Below, one piece after another: positions 24,672 through 39,600 of a stretch of 64,000 nt of DNA (its first letter is position 1; every line of letters begins with the position of its first letter). Source of the DNA: Piromyces finnis finn (Eukaryota > Fungi > Neocallimastigomycota); contig MCFH01000015.1 in assembly GCA_002104945.1 (NCBI GenBank), forward strand, positions 434,001-498,000, read 5' to 3'. Under the pieces are notes generated by a model. That model saw only the letters and a program-made list of their open reading frames with translations, made no database searches and was not told where the DNA came from. Made by a program: the position numbers and the translations under genes.

Positions 24672-26801
24672 TTATTTTAATAGTTCTTCCACAGTTTTAT
24701 AATCATGAGTATGGTTAACGATTTTAGTGTAGATATCTTTTGGTATTTTTGGAATTAAGGAAATTGAAACAGCAATAATTAATTTAGAATTTAAATTTGG
24801 GAAATTTCTTAATTTATGATAAGGACTTTTTAAATATCAATTATTTTTTTTTTTTTTTTTTTTTTTGGTGTGTATTGTTGTATTGTTATAAGAATTTGAA
24901 TTGTTAATTTAATAATTATTTTTTATTTTATATAATGAATAAAAAAAAAATAGAAATATTATGAGTAAAAATATAAATATTATATAAATAGAAATATATT
25001 ATATATAAATTTTAATTTTTACTTTTTTTCATTTAGCAACTCTTCTCTTATAATAATCATTTGAGCAATTACAAAAATAATATTCAAATGAACGCCGAAA
25101 GCAAATAAGAAATCCCATAAGCATAAAAGTTCTTGTAATGGAGGAGTACATGCACAAAATGATAAAATAGCTATTAAAAATATTTTTTTATATTTATTTT
25201 ATTACATATATATAGTATATAAAAAAAAAGTAATTATGTATATTTAAGAATTATTATAAATGATATTATTATTAAGTAATATTATAAATTTACTTAAAAT
25301 TATAATATACTTATTTTTAAAATTTACATGAAAAAGCATATATTTCAGCAGTAAGTTGGTTTTTTGTCAAATGATTATATAATTCAGGATCAATAATTTC
25401 TAAGCAAATATCTAAAAGCTTTTCCAAAAAAAAAAAAAAAAAAAAAAAAATGGACGTATATCATTTAAATAAATAATTGATTATTATATTTTAAAAAAAT
25501 TTAATGAATTTTAATTCAGCTATTCTTGAATAATAAAGAATTGTAAAATATATATATATAATATTTTTTAAATTAGTTTTTATTTATATTGCCCTTACTT
25601 TTGCACCTGCATGAGCTCCAATTAATGATGAATGCACATATAAAGGACAATAATATTGAATGAAAGTAGAAAATGCATAAAATGCTTCCATTTCCGGTAA
25701 AACATATAAAAATGGTGCTGCAATAACATTCATACCTTGAACGTATGTGAAATTACAATTAACATCCGAAACAATTTTCTCTAGTTATCATTTATTCAAA
25801 AATATTTTGTTTATTAATATTTTATCCAGTTATATAATTATAATATATCATTATATATTTTTATATATATTTAATATTTATATATATTTGGAATTTAAAA
25901 ATATATATATTGAAAGAAAAATCTTATTAATTTTTATGTTATTTTATCTACCAAGATTTTCTTTTCAAATCGTTAATGAATTGAATTCAGTAAATAACAA
26001 AAATGAAATTTTTTAATTTTCTTTACCTTTTTCTTTTGACCATACAAATGCATTTAAAAGTCTAACAATCATATTATCAGTTACTTTTTGTTTGAATTTT
26101 TCATCTGTTCTAAGCGTTCTAAAACCATCATTTTTAATTTTATCATAAAATTTTGATTTTCTTTTACTCACAAATTTTAAATATTCTGATGCAGAGACAC
26201 GATAAACGCCTAATAATATTTTCCATATTTTCCCTCTTAAACTCGCAGTGTATGAATTCATCATAATCTTATTCATTGATTTAATATATTATCGAAATTA
26301 TTTAATTTATACAATAAACATAAATTTTTACAAGTTTGCATAATTATAATAGTTGAAAGTAAAATAATTTAAATAAAAATTAAAATGCATGTATATTTAA
26401 AAGTATTTATATGTGGTATCACTATATAAAATTACTTCTGAACCATCTGGCAATCCAAATTCATATATCATACTTCTTAATTTATTTAATGAAACAATTA
26501 ATTCTTTTTCTGAATGATTAGTTTTTTCTAAATGATCTTCATATTTTTTCCTCAATTCATTAGAATAACGAAATCTTGAAAATAAATGTAATTTTGATGC
26601 TTCCTGCAACACCACTGATTTATTATTATTAGTAATTAATGAATTCCCAATAACATTAGATTTAACTATATTTGGTTGAACATTTAAATTAATATTTTCA
26701 TGTTCATTTATAATAGATAATGATTTTTGTGATATAAAGGTTGGTAATCCATCTAACGTTAATGGATAATTGTTATTATTATCATCATTATCACTTTTCA
26801 T
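24672..26801 (-). CDS. BUB2: TBC-domain GAP subunit of the mitotic exit/septation network (Bub2/Cdc16)
   Basis: LNKLRSMIYEFGLP, LRGKIWKILLGV, KIKNDGFRTL, RLLNAFVW, YVQGMNVIAAPFLYVLPEMEAF, CPLYVHSSLIGAHAG, ACTPPLQELLCLWDFLFAFGVHLN. Multi-exon; stop at 24672-24674. Confidence 0.9.
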
Positions 26802-27104
26802 TTTTATTATTTTTATTATTATTTATATATTATTTTGTCTTTTTTTTTTTTTTTTTACTTTTATTGTTTGATATGTTTGAAGTTATATAGTAGTATAAAT
26901 TGTATAAATATTAAATATATAGTTTATATTTTTTTTATTTATTTAATTCGTTTAACATTTAGTTAAGCATTTTACCAGTTTATGTTTGTATTCACAAAAA
27001 AAAAAAAAAAAAGACTAAACATAATATTTTTTTAATAATTTTTTATATATATTGAGAATTTGTATTAATCTTGCAAAGTAATTTTTAAAATTGCATTAGA
27101 GAAG

Positions 27105-27139
<35 letters not shown>

Positions 27140-28860
27140 TATTATTTTAAAAAAAAAAAACAATATTGAATTCAGTTATTCTAATAAAAAATATTTATAT
27201 ATATTAAATTTTTATTGAATTTTATATAATCTTTTAATTTTTTTAACTTCGTATTAAATATAAAATTTTAATTAAAGTAAAATGAAATATGAATAAAGTT
27301 TCTAAATAATTAATAATTAAAAATAGAATTAAATATAAAGGTATCAAAATATTATTTTTTATTTTTTTTAAAAGACAAATAAAATAATATATTAATAATT
27401 TCTTTGAAGTTTAATTAAGAGAAATATGTGTATAAATCAATTATTAAAAACTAATTATTTATTAATTGACCTTTTTATATTATTTGTATTTATGTCTGAA
27501 AGAGTGATAATTGTAAGTAAAGTAAAAGTAATATTAAGAAACTTTATTTCAAATAATCTAACCCAATATGTATTTAAATGTCACCTATTTAAAATTTAAT
27601 TTAATTATTTTCCATAAATGATATAAATTTTAAAAACTTTAATTCTTAATATTTTGTTTTTCTAATTAATATTAATAAAAAGTATTTTTAAAAATGTGGA
27701 TGAAAATAAATATGAAAAGAATGCATATTTGAAAAAAAAAAAAAAAATCAAATATTCATCTCTTCATATATTATTATTCATATCTTATAGTAATATTGTT
27801 TAAATTGAGATAAGAATATATAACTATTGTATCATATTTAATAAACTATTTATGTCGAAATATATATATACTTTGAATCCCATTAGTGAGAATATGAGAT
27901 AAATTTTATTTTTTATATAAAAAGTATATTTTAGCCAATGATCATTTATACAGACTAATATTAAAAAGTTAAAATAAGATATCATATAATTCATATTATT
28001 ATGAATTATAATTATATAAATTATGTATTTTTAGAATAATATATAATAAAAATAAGATGATATGATCATCTTACAAATAATAAAACTGAATTATATATAT
28101 AGTGATGGAGGTAAAAATTAAATAACAATTACATTTTTTATGTATATGGTACAGTTGTTGAGGTATTTTTTAGTAAAAATAATAAAATAATAGTTAATCA
28201 TTATACTATTTATATCTAATTATTATGTATGACTAAAAATATGTATCATTTATGATAAAAATTATATATAAAATATATTATTTTTTTAGTTATTTTTTTT
28301 TATAAATATTTTGATAAGAAAAGGTTTAATAACATTATAATTATAATATTATTAAACTATTAATGCTTTTATAATTCTGTTATTTATAATTAAATTTGAT
28401 TATTAATTTGTTAATTAACATTTAATAAATATAGTTTGTTAGAGAAACCATTATTCTATTATAACATATATAAATATTTATATTCTTTTTATTTTTTTTT
28501 TTTAATTTTGAAAAGAATATATATATTCTAAAACTATTTATTATGAATTTTTTATAATAATTTTTATACTTTTAATTTTATAATAAATAATATATAAAGG
28601 AATTCAAAAAAAAATAATAAAATAGTATTGATAATAAATAAAAAGTCATATTAAATTAAGAACAGTAAAGTATTTCTTTTATATGAATACAATTTAAGTA
28701 ATATATACATATATTTGTATATATACCAAAAGTAATTTAAGATAAAGAAAAGAATCACTGTCATACCTTAACAAATATTAAATAAAAATTATAATATTTG
28801 CTTTTTTTAATAATATCAAAATTTTAATTAAAATAAGTCGATCAATATTAGTATTTTTAC

Positions 28861-29760
28861 ATGGAAGACACTCAAAATCCATATTCAAATTACATCATGT
28901 CTAATTATTCTTCAAATTATTTAAGAAATTCATTTGAAAATGCAGGTATTGTGCAAATGATGCAACAACTGGGTCTTAGACCAGAATCTAATCTCCAATT
29001 TCCAAACCAACATAGCAGTTCTAATCGTCAATCATCAAATAATAATTTACATTCTCAATTTCATTCAAAAATTGTTTGTCAACTATATTGTAAAAGTTGT
29101 AATGTAACACTATGTAGAAGAGGAATGAAAGCTATTTTATTAGCTGATACAAAAGTCGAACTATATTCAACAGATACCCCACCAAAAGGTAACAAAAAAA
29201 AAATAGTTAATATAAAAATACAAAAATTTAGTATTAAATAATATTTTTAATAAAAATATTTTCTTTTAATTTCTTTTCATTATATAATGTAGGAGTACAA
29301 TTAGTAGGTCAAGATTATATGACTCGTAATTGTCATTGTTGTATTAGAGATGTTGCTTGTTTGGGATGGTATATATTATTAATAATGTATAAATAAATAT
29401 TTTATTTTTTTTAAATATATAATTTTTTTTATTGATATTTAACTTTATATATACTTAGTGGTAATGTTGTTGGATATCATGTAACACAACCTTGTCCTCC
29501 TTGTTTAGAAGCATGTAATAATGGCCATTATTGGATGTTTTATACTGACCAAGTTGATTCTTGTGAACGTCTTGATTCAACAAGTAAAAATACTTTTTTT
29601 TTTTTTTTAAATATCTTATTTTTAATATTAATATTAAAATTTATGTTAATTGAATTATTTTTATTTATTAGGAAAAAGAATTCTATTATGGGCACATCTT
29701 CCTCGAGCTGAAAAAGATATAGATAATGAAATGGACAATTTTGATTTAGTTTGTCGTTAG
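28861..29760 (+). CDS. FAM72: FAM72 family protein (4 exons)
   Basis: [81 protein letters not shown], ending VCR*. This is the FAM72A pattern. Confidence 0.92.
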
Positions 29761-30280
29761 ATTTACTATAAACAAAAAATAATAGACACAAAATACTATC
29801 AAATGTTAAATATTAATGTTGTATAAATATTTTTTTTGAATACAATAGAATATTTAATTATAATTTAAATTTTTTTTTTTCATTTTTTAATTTAAAAATA
29901 CTACAATCAATGTCAGTCACATTTATTTTATAGAAAACCTATTTAATAGAACAATAAATTAAATTTTGAGTAATCTAATAATAAAAATTTTTAGTTATGG
30001 AAAGTACTAAAAATAATTATATTAAATAAAATGGATAATTAAAAAAATATGTATTTATAAAGGGAATTATTATTTCATATTTATTAAGTTATTTTCATTT
30101 TTTTTTTTTTGAGTTTTAATTAGAAAGTATAAATAAATATAAAAAATATATTAATTTAGATTTTATTTCTGATGAAAAATATAATAGAAAAAATGGAATA
30201 AAATTCTTAATCTGTATGTAAATATTAAATATTAAAGAAGATATTCAATGCATATAATTAAATGGTATTTTATAAATGTA

Positions 30281-33200
30281 TTATTTAGGAGAGGTAAAGC
30301 ATTGCTCTAAATGGGATTGAGCTGAATTAGATTTTTTCGTTGATGAAGAGGAACTTTTTGGTATATATAGTAGCATATTATTTTCATAAATCTTCTCATA
30401 TTTAGAATCAATTTTTCTAAATTGAAGATTTTTTAGATTCCTTTTTTTTGTATAACTAGTTTCTCCATTGAAGCTGACACTTTTAATATTAACTTTATTG
30501 CTAATAGTGTCTATATTTTCAATATTGAATGGTAATGGACGACTTAGAATCTTATCTAAGTTCTCATTATAATCAAATGTAACATATTTAATGATATGTT
30601 CTATATTATTGTTATTAATCTATAAAGTATAAAAATATTTATATAGAAATTTTAAACATTAATATTACCATTAAATATTATCTTGATGGTATAAATATTA
30701 CAATACAATTATTTTACCTTTGGTATTGGACTATTAATAATAGATTCTATTACTGAATCATCTTCGTGATATTTTATTTCATTTTTATAAGCTATTTTAC
30801 TTTTATTGATTTTATAGTTTATAAACTATTTGTAAAAATTTGTATATATAAATATATAATGTATATTAATAAAATTTATTATTTTATTTTAAAAATATAT
30901 ATATATATATTTTAAAAATTTGATAATCTTACATCTTTTTTAATTTGATTAATAAATTCCTTCTTTTCTTCAATATTAAATACTTTTTTATTTAGTAATC
31001 TATCTTTAAATGAATATATAGATGATATTCCCGATCTTGTTAATAATGAATTACTATAAGCTGTTGTATTTTTAGAGAACCCTTCATTTTTAGTATCATC
31101 TTGTAATAATTTATTCATCAACATTTCTCGCTCATTTGCTATCAATATTTTATCATCTTTAATATATGGAATACTTAAATCTGATATATCACATTTTTCT
31201 TTTAGGAAATTATTTGAATTATATGAATCTAGTATTTTTTTGTTTAGTGATATTAAACTTTCATGTATTGTACTCTTTTTTGAATCAGAATATTTAATAG
31301 CATTGGATTCATTAGTAGAACTATTTAATAACAAAATATTTTCTGAAGTACTTCTTTTAACATTTTCTTTTATATTGCTAGTAGTACTATTTTGATTATC
31401 AGTAATTGAAGGATTGGTCAAAAGAGTATGTGATTTAATGACGTCTGCATCTGAAATGAAACTTGAATTTTTCAATATTGTATTATTATCATAGTCAGTA
31501 GGGGTATTATTTATTTTGCTTATTATCGTTTTATTTTTATTAAATATTTTTTCTTTTATATAACTTAAGGAATCAGAATTTTTAATATTTTTGTCAATTT
31601 CCTCAATTGTACAATTTTTAATAATAGTACTTCCTTTTGATATAGAAACCAATGACTTATTATTTCTCTTTATTGTTGGTATATTTGCAATAACAATTGG
31701 TGTTTTGAAAACTGAAAACCTTTTTTTACCATTAGATTTATATATTTTATTTCTATTTTCAATAACTTGACTACTACTTGCTTTTAAATAGTCTTTACTA
31801 CCAGCAAAATAATATTTAATTTCATTAACTTTATCTTCAATAATTTCAAAAATTTCTTTATCTTCATAAATTTTTTTGTTAATACCGTTGATTTGAACTT
31901 CAAATATATCTTTCTGATTTTGTTCGTAATTCTTTAATGGATCCATTTCAACAAGCTAATTGTAAGTAATTATAAATATATAGTAATTAGTTATTAATAT
32001 TCATATTATTAAAAATACGTTATTTTATTAATATTTACTTGGTTTGTTTCATCCAATATTTTTAATACTGTTTGATTATGTTGAATATTTTTACTCATTC
32101 CTAAATTATATTAAATATTATCAAAATATCAATTAATGATTAATAATAATAATTTCAATATTGTTTTTTTTTAATTTTAAGTAATTGATAAAATTAATAT
32201 TACCAATTATTTTTATTCTATATGTTTTTTCTTTTGTTGATATAACTAATCTATATTCAAATTGTCCTTCATCATTTGGAAGAATATCAAATTTACATTC
32301 CTCTGATTTTCCAGGTGGAAGAATAACTGATTTTGGAGCCATTAATATGTTATTTGGATTACTTCTCTTTCCTTCAGAAAAGTTTGTATACACAGTAACT
32401 TCACCCTTTGATTTAATTGTAAAGCTACCAGTTGTTAATAAACCATTCGGACAAATACCTATATAAAGAGATGTTGTAAAATATTATTATAATTTTAATT
32501 TTTGAGTAATTAAATTAGTATTTTTATATTTATATTTACCCATATTAATAATTCTTGGAGATATATAGAATTTCATTGTTCCACCAATACCAATTAATTG
32601 GATTTCTCTACTTGTTAATCCTTTACATTCTAAATATAAAATTGATTGGTAGCATTTTAAGTATTTTGGAGTAAACTTTATTACTATATCAACACTTTCC
32701 GAAACATTTAATTCACCTTCTTTCATGGATAATTCAAAATCATGATTTTGTTGTTGAATATTCCATTTGAATTTGACGAGACCTACATTTACAATTGTTA
32801 ATGTTTTTTCATATACACAATTCATTGCACAAATCCCATAATCTATTTTATTAGTAGATATATTGATTTTTGGAAGCGTTCCTTTTCCTACAATCGAAAG
32901 TGTATAATTTCCTGCGTTAGATGATAGTGTTGCTGTTGAATGAAGCATATAACCACCAGTTGGTATCCATGAAAATCTAATAACTTGACTTTCATTTCCA
33001 TTTAATGTACCTTTTGAAACATTACATTGAATAGGATAGACTACTTTTAGTTTATAGGTTAATGGGAATTTACCATAGTTTTTTAATATAATATTCTTTT
33101 TTGTATATTCGAATATTGGACATAATCCTAAATCAATATTATTTATTTCTTGGGGATGAATTAAAGCATGATTACAATCACCAATAACTTTAAAAGCCAC

Positions 33201-36200
33201 ATATGAATCAAAAAGATCAGATTTAATATCAAAACTTTCACTAAATGGTCCAAAATGCTTATTAGAATTTACATAAGTCATTTTTATCATTGATATTTCA
33301 TTAGGTTTAATAAATCCTGTTCTATTTGTAAATTGAATATTTGAATTATTTCCTCTATGAACTATGGAATAATGAGTTCCAATAGTTCCAACATTTTTAA
33401 TATTAAATTTAATTTTTGGTGTGCTATTTAGTTCAAACATTCCAAAGTTAAATACACTTTTTTCAATCATTAAGTTTACATATCCTGAGTGCAATTTCAA
33501 TCTTATTTGATTTTTGGAGTATGGTGAATTAACATCAACAAAAATATTTTTATTAATTTCTACTGTCGGTTTAAATTGAATACCAACTTCAAAAGAACTA
33601 TATGGCATAATTTGGAATTTATCCGGAGAAAACTTAATACCTGGAAGAATATCATTATATTCCATTTGAACAGGATAAATGACATCTCCAGTATTTCTAA
33701 TAGTAACCTTTTGTTCATATTGATTACCAATTATACAATCATTAAATTCTAGATATAAGCTTGAAATAATAATCATTGCATCTTTACCAACACCATTTAA
33801 ATTAATTTCATAATTTTCTAATGGTGTTATAAGAGAAACTGTTGCGGGAGGTGGATTTTCATTTTCAGGTTTAAATACTAAAGGTAGTCTATAAGTTTCT
33901 TTTGGTTGAATAAATATTCTTTCATTAGGCCAATCCGGTCCCTCAGAGAATGTACCATTAGAATATAAAAGTACACCATTAATTTTCAAAACAGCTGTTC
34001 CTTTATTTTCAATTGGTAAATATACATCAAGTTTCTTACCAATAACACAATTACCAAATTCATAAGTCGATCCATTTTTAAGGGATATTTGTGGATATCC
34101 ACCAGCGCCAAAGAATTGAAGGCGAATAGGTTGAGAATATTCAGGTTGAAATATAATAGGGAAAGATTGAATATGTTCATCTATTGGTTGGAAAATAAAT
34201 TTAACATTAATTGAATCCCCTTTTTTAAGAATGCCTTCATCAGGAACTATTTTTAATCCTTTATTATTTGAAGTTATTGAATAATTAAAATCTTTACTAC
34301 CAATGTTTTTAAATTCCTTTGTAATAACTTCTGTTTCTCCAATACCTTGAATGTTGAAATCTATTTTATTCATATTACACAATACAGAGATATTTTTTGG
34401 ATTAGCAATTAATGGAATAAGATGTTCATTAATAACACTAAAGTTAGATATACAATGAAGAGTAGCAATATAATCCATTTCATATTCTAAATTAAGGTCA
34501 ACATTTACTGTAACACTTTGATTTGCAGGTAATAGTATTTCTTCTGGGTTAACTCTCATATATGATTGAATATTAGATAATGACTGACTTGTAATTGGGG
34601 TATTTTCAATATTCTTATATAAATTCTTCTTTCTTTTATATCTATGTTTACTCATTAAATCAATTATAGTTTTGAAGCTTTTAACAAAATTTGTTAAAGC
34701 TTTGTCACCATCATACTCATCAATATATTTTATTAAACAATCTGAATCATTATCAAAATACCTTGATAAAATATTAAGACGAATGATTTCCCAATAAAAC
34801 ATTTTTGATTTTTTAAAATGATCATATCTTTTATTTTCATCCAATAGACTCATTTGAATTTCTTTACTGTTACTTTTAATTTTGTTTCTTACGATTATAT
34901 AATTTCTAATTACTTCAGATCTTGGATCATCGTTATCAAAAGAGTTTGTAAATTGAATTTTTCCAGGACTAATTATTTTATAATGTTTATGACTAGCCAT
35001 AGTCCATTTAAAGTAAACTTTTGTATCAATAGATCCTGTATTTTTAATAACAAGTGATTTCATATAGGTATATTTAGCATTTATATCATTAAATTCTATA
35101 TTTCCTGTATGTGATAATATTACTGTTCCTCCCTTTCCAGTTAAATTTATTTTACCACGATAGCAATTAGAACTAATAAATATTTTTTCTTTGGAGGTAT
35201 ATTCATTTTCTGCATAATATTTACAAGATATCTCAACGTAATTATGAGAAGGAATAAAAATATTTAAATCTTTTTTCCAATCATATTTTATATTATTATT
35301 AGTAGTTCCACTTTTATTGAAGGTTATAGTTCCTATTTTATTTTCATTGTATTTTTGTACTTCAGAGGTTAAGGCTATTGTATATGCCTCTCCGGTTACA
35401 TTAAAATCAACATCAACACCAACAATGCCACTATTATATATATAGAATTTCTTGGCCACCGAAGAATTAACTGGGATTGGATTAAATTTCATTAAATATG
35501 TATTTTCTTTATTATTTTCTTTAATTACATTTACGTTATCCTCGTAAGTTTCAGGAAATATTACATCAATTTTACCTGTACCACTTTTTGCATGTATGGG
35601 AATTCTAATAATTCCTTTTTCCCACATAATATTTAAATTCCATTTAAATATATTTTCTTCTTTCGGGAAATAGCAAACAGTTAAAATAAATGAATTATTT
35701 GGGGGTATAAATCCATTTTCAGGATAAACTTCAAAGGTATTTTTAATAGATTTATTAATCATGAAATCAATAGCAAAATCTCCAATATTTTTGAGTTTAA
35801 TATAAATTTTATTTAGAGTATTAACAGATCTCATCCCAAAATTAATTCCTTTTTTATATGTAATTTCTTTATCATCCATGTCATAAAGTTTTAAGATTGA
35901 TTTTCCACTTTTACCTAATAATGTTATTTCTTTTGATTTCGATTTAGTGAATAGTTTGAATGATACATTTAAATTTGTGTTACTTTCAGGTTGATAAATG
36001 AATTCAATTGGTTTTTCTTCGTTTGGATTACATATTCCATCAAAATTTAATAATTTTAATCCAATATTATTTAAGTATTGTTCCCATATTGATAATTTAC
36101 TTGGATCTTTAATATTTTCATTATCAATTATATTATTATTATTATCATCTATATTAAAGCCATTAGTATCATTAGTATTAATGTTATTTAATGTTTCAAT

Positions 36201-36584
36201 ATCTTTCTTATAAATTTCATCAGAGGTACCAGGAACTACTGGTCTAATTATATATCTTCCTGAAATATTTCCAGTATTTTTAATATATATTTTTTTAATT
36301 GTTTCTTTATAATCTCTACATAGTCCAAAGTTTATTAAATCAACTTTAGGGAAGAAATCAATTTTACAAATTCCGCCAATACCATTAACTGTACCACATA
36401 TTGGTTGAAAACCATAATTTAATGAATAATTAAATGAATAATTTATGTTTTCTGTTGGTGTGAATTTTAATATTATAACTTTTTTTTGACCGATAGAAAG
36501 TGAATTTTTACTATTTACTAATTTAAATGGACAATCATATTTTTTATATAATTTAGCTTTATCTTCAATATTTTCTATATCTTC

Positions 36585-36616
<32 letters not shown>

Positions 36617-39600
36617 TTTCTTCATCATCACAGTCGTCATCATCATCATCACTTTCTATATCACTATTATTATTAGATGCTTCTTCAAAATCAAATTTTA
36701 AATCATAATTAAGGTCTATTGTTCCTTCATTGGATAATGTAATTGCTTTTTCATATTCATTATTAATATGACATATACCATAATTTATTGTCTCATAAAA
36801 ATCAGGTGGATCTATAACTAGTTTTGGTTGACATACAATACCCTTAAAATTGACAAGTAAACTTTCTGTTTTATATTTTATATTTGAAAATATACCATAA
36901 GAATTTAATATTTCCATTTTTGTAGGTACATATACAATATGAATTTTTCTTTTTGATTTTGGCTCTATTACAATGTTATCAGATTCATCAATTTCTTCAA
37001 TTGATAATGAAGGATGTTTTGATGAAAAATTTAATACACCAGGAACAGTTCCTTTATTCTTTATAACTAATGTTTTAACGTTCTTTCCTCTCCAAACAGT
37101 ATAACCAAAGTCGATCATTTTTTTATTTATTACAATGTCAGGATAACCACTTGATCCAGTTAAAGATATATAAATAATTTTATTTACACTTGAATTATCT
37201 GGAATCAATTTAAAGTATCCTTTATTAACTTCATTTGTAGCTGTAGGCATATACGTTAATCTAATAATAATGGTTTCACCATTTTTAATTACTCCAAACT
37301 CAGGATCTGCTTTAAAGCAACTACTAGTACATTCTGTTGTGAATTTTGAATAAATAAGTCCTGCATTAGATATTGTTATTGGAACAATTAATTTAGAACC
37401 AACACCACAACACCCAAAATCAACACTTTTAACAGATTGTTTTAATATAACAGAACCTCCAATTCCATGTAATCTAAATGGTAGTTTATCAAATATATTT
37501 GTACATATAACAACCCTTGTTTCCATATCACATTGAGGAATATTTGGAATAAATTTGATTTCAAATTTTTGGGACTTTTTAGCACCAATATCACCTTTAT
37601 CAGGGAATATTTGAAATGGATGAATAACACTAGAAAAAGTTTCTTTATCTTCTTTCCTTTTTTTAGCATCTAAAATATTATATTTAGTTTCAACATAATC
37701 AATCCACCATTTAACAGATCGATTTGATTCATTATTAAAAGATATTTGCTGAATCTTTGATTATATAAATTAATTTTATTAAAAATAATAATTTGTAGAG
37801 TTGCTTAAATAAAATATTCTTCAATTGGTCTTTTATAAAAAATTTTATATTGTATACTTACTTCACCAACTTTATTTACATGTACAATACCAAATTCTAC
37901 GGATTTAGTTTTCATTGATAATGAATTTGATATATCACCTTTTAAATGCAAAGTATATATTTCACTATTACTTCCAACTGTAGTGAAAAATTTAATTGCT
38001 TCTCTAAATTTTCCCTAAATATTAATTTAACAAATAGTTTAAAATGCTTATTTATAAAAATAAAATATTAGAATAATATATAATACAATATTATATATAT
38101 TACTTCTTTATTTCCCCATGCTGTTAAAACTAATTTTACAGACTCGTTTGGTAAAAGTATAATAGGAAAATTCGATTTATCGTTTTCTTTTTTTTTAATT
38201 AATGTTTTAGAATTATTATTTTGTTTTTCCATTATATATGCTATTTCATCCCAGTCAAATTCTAAATTCCTATAATACTCTGACATATTACCCATTTTAT
38301 TATCATACATTAATAATTTTGAATTGAAAATTATATTATTGTTGTCTTTTTCGTCTTCTTTTATATGCCATGTAATAATATTTTCATCAGAAGAAACAAT
38401 ATCTATTAATGAAAAATCAACTGATCCTTTATTATAAATTGTAAGTTCCATACTTTTGAATTTAGAAAACTCTATATAATTAAAATCTAATGCTAAATCT
38501 GCATGCTCCCAGAAACTATCTCTAATGTTATTTTCATCGGTATTTTTAATTAATTTACCGATATTAGATTTAATTTTCATTTTACCACAATAAGTTGATA
38601 CAGGGATGAAATCCAAATTATTTCCATATTTTAATATAATATAACTATTGAATTTTCCTGCTTGTTTTCCTTCAAAAGATACTTTGTTAGTTTTTGATTC
38701 ATTCTGTTTTAAAATTAACTTACTTTCTTCTATATGATAAGGTGGTAATGAGTAAAAATCAAAGTTAACTGGATTTCCGTTATTTGTTATAAAAATGCTT
38801 TTTGTATATGACTTTCCGATAGAAATATCATCAAAATATAATAGTTTATTTGAAATACCGATTTCTGGTTCACCTACAATACATGAAAAAATAAGACTGG
38901 GAGCTTTAAATTGGGCATCTAATATATGTTGATTTGAAATATCTGTATAATATGAAGCATAGTCATCATCTTCTTTCTTCATATCTTTCATTGGATTATT
39001 AAATACATTTGGTGAATTATATGAAACTTTTAATATTGATTTAAATGAACCCATCGAACTACTTAAACATGCAATTTCTAAAGGAACTATTTCAAACGGT
39101 TTAATAATATTTGATGTATTAGTTTTATTTATCTTGAAAATATCTTCTTCACTTTTATTAATTTGATTTTCATCCCTTTTTATATATTCTATTTTCTTTT
39201 TTCCCTTTTTATATATTATATTTTCAATAGTCTTTAGTTCTAAATTATATTCAATTTCATAATTTGTTTTATTTCTTAAATATATTGTTTTTTTAGCTTT
39301 TTCATTTTGTTTAGTAATAGGAAATTCAATAGTTGTTGGATTATATGGTGTTTTACCTACTTCAAAATCTATCATTGTATTATTAAAACCTTGTAATAAA
39401 GTAAAAATATTTCCTATTGCATAATTATTTTCATCCATAATTGATATATGTCCATAACATGTATAATAAAAGTTTTCTCTATTTATTATATTTGAAAACC
39501 TTTTATAATCTATATATAATGGTATATATAAATATGAATATGGCTTTACAACGCCATCCAAAGGAATATCTGTTGTAAAAGGTCCTGAAATAAATATATG

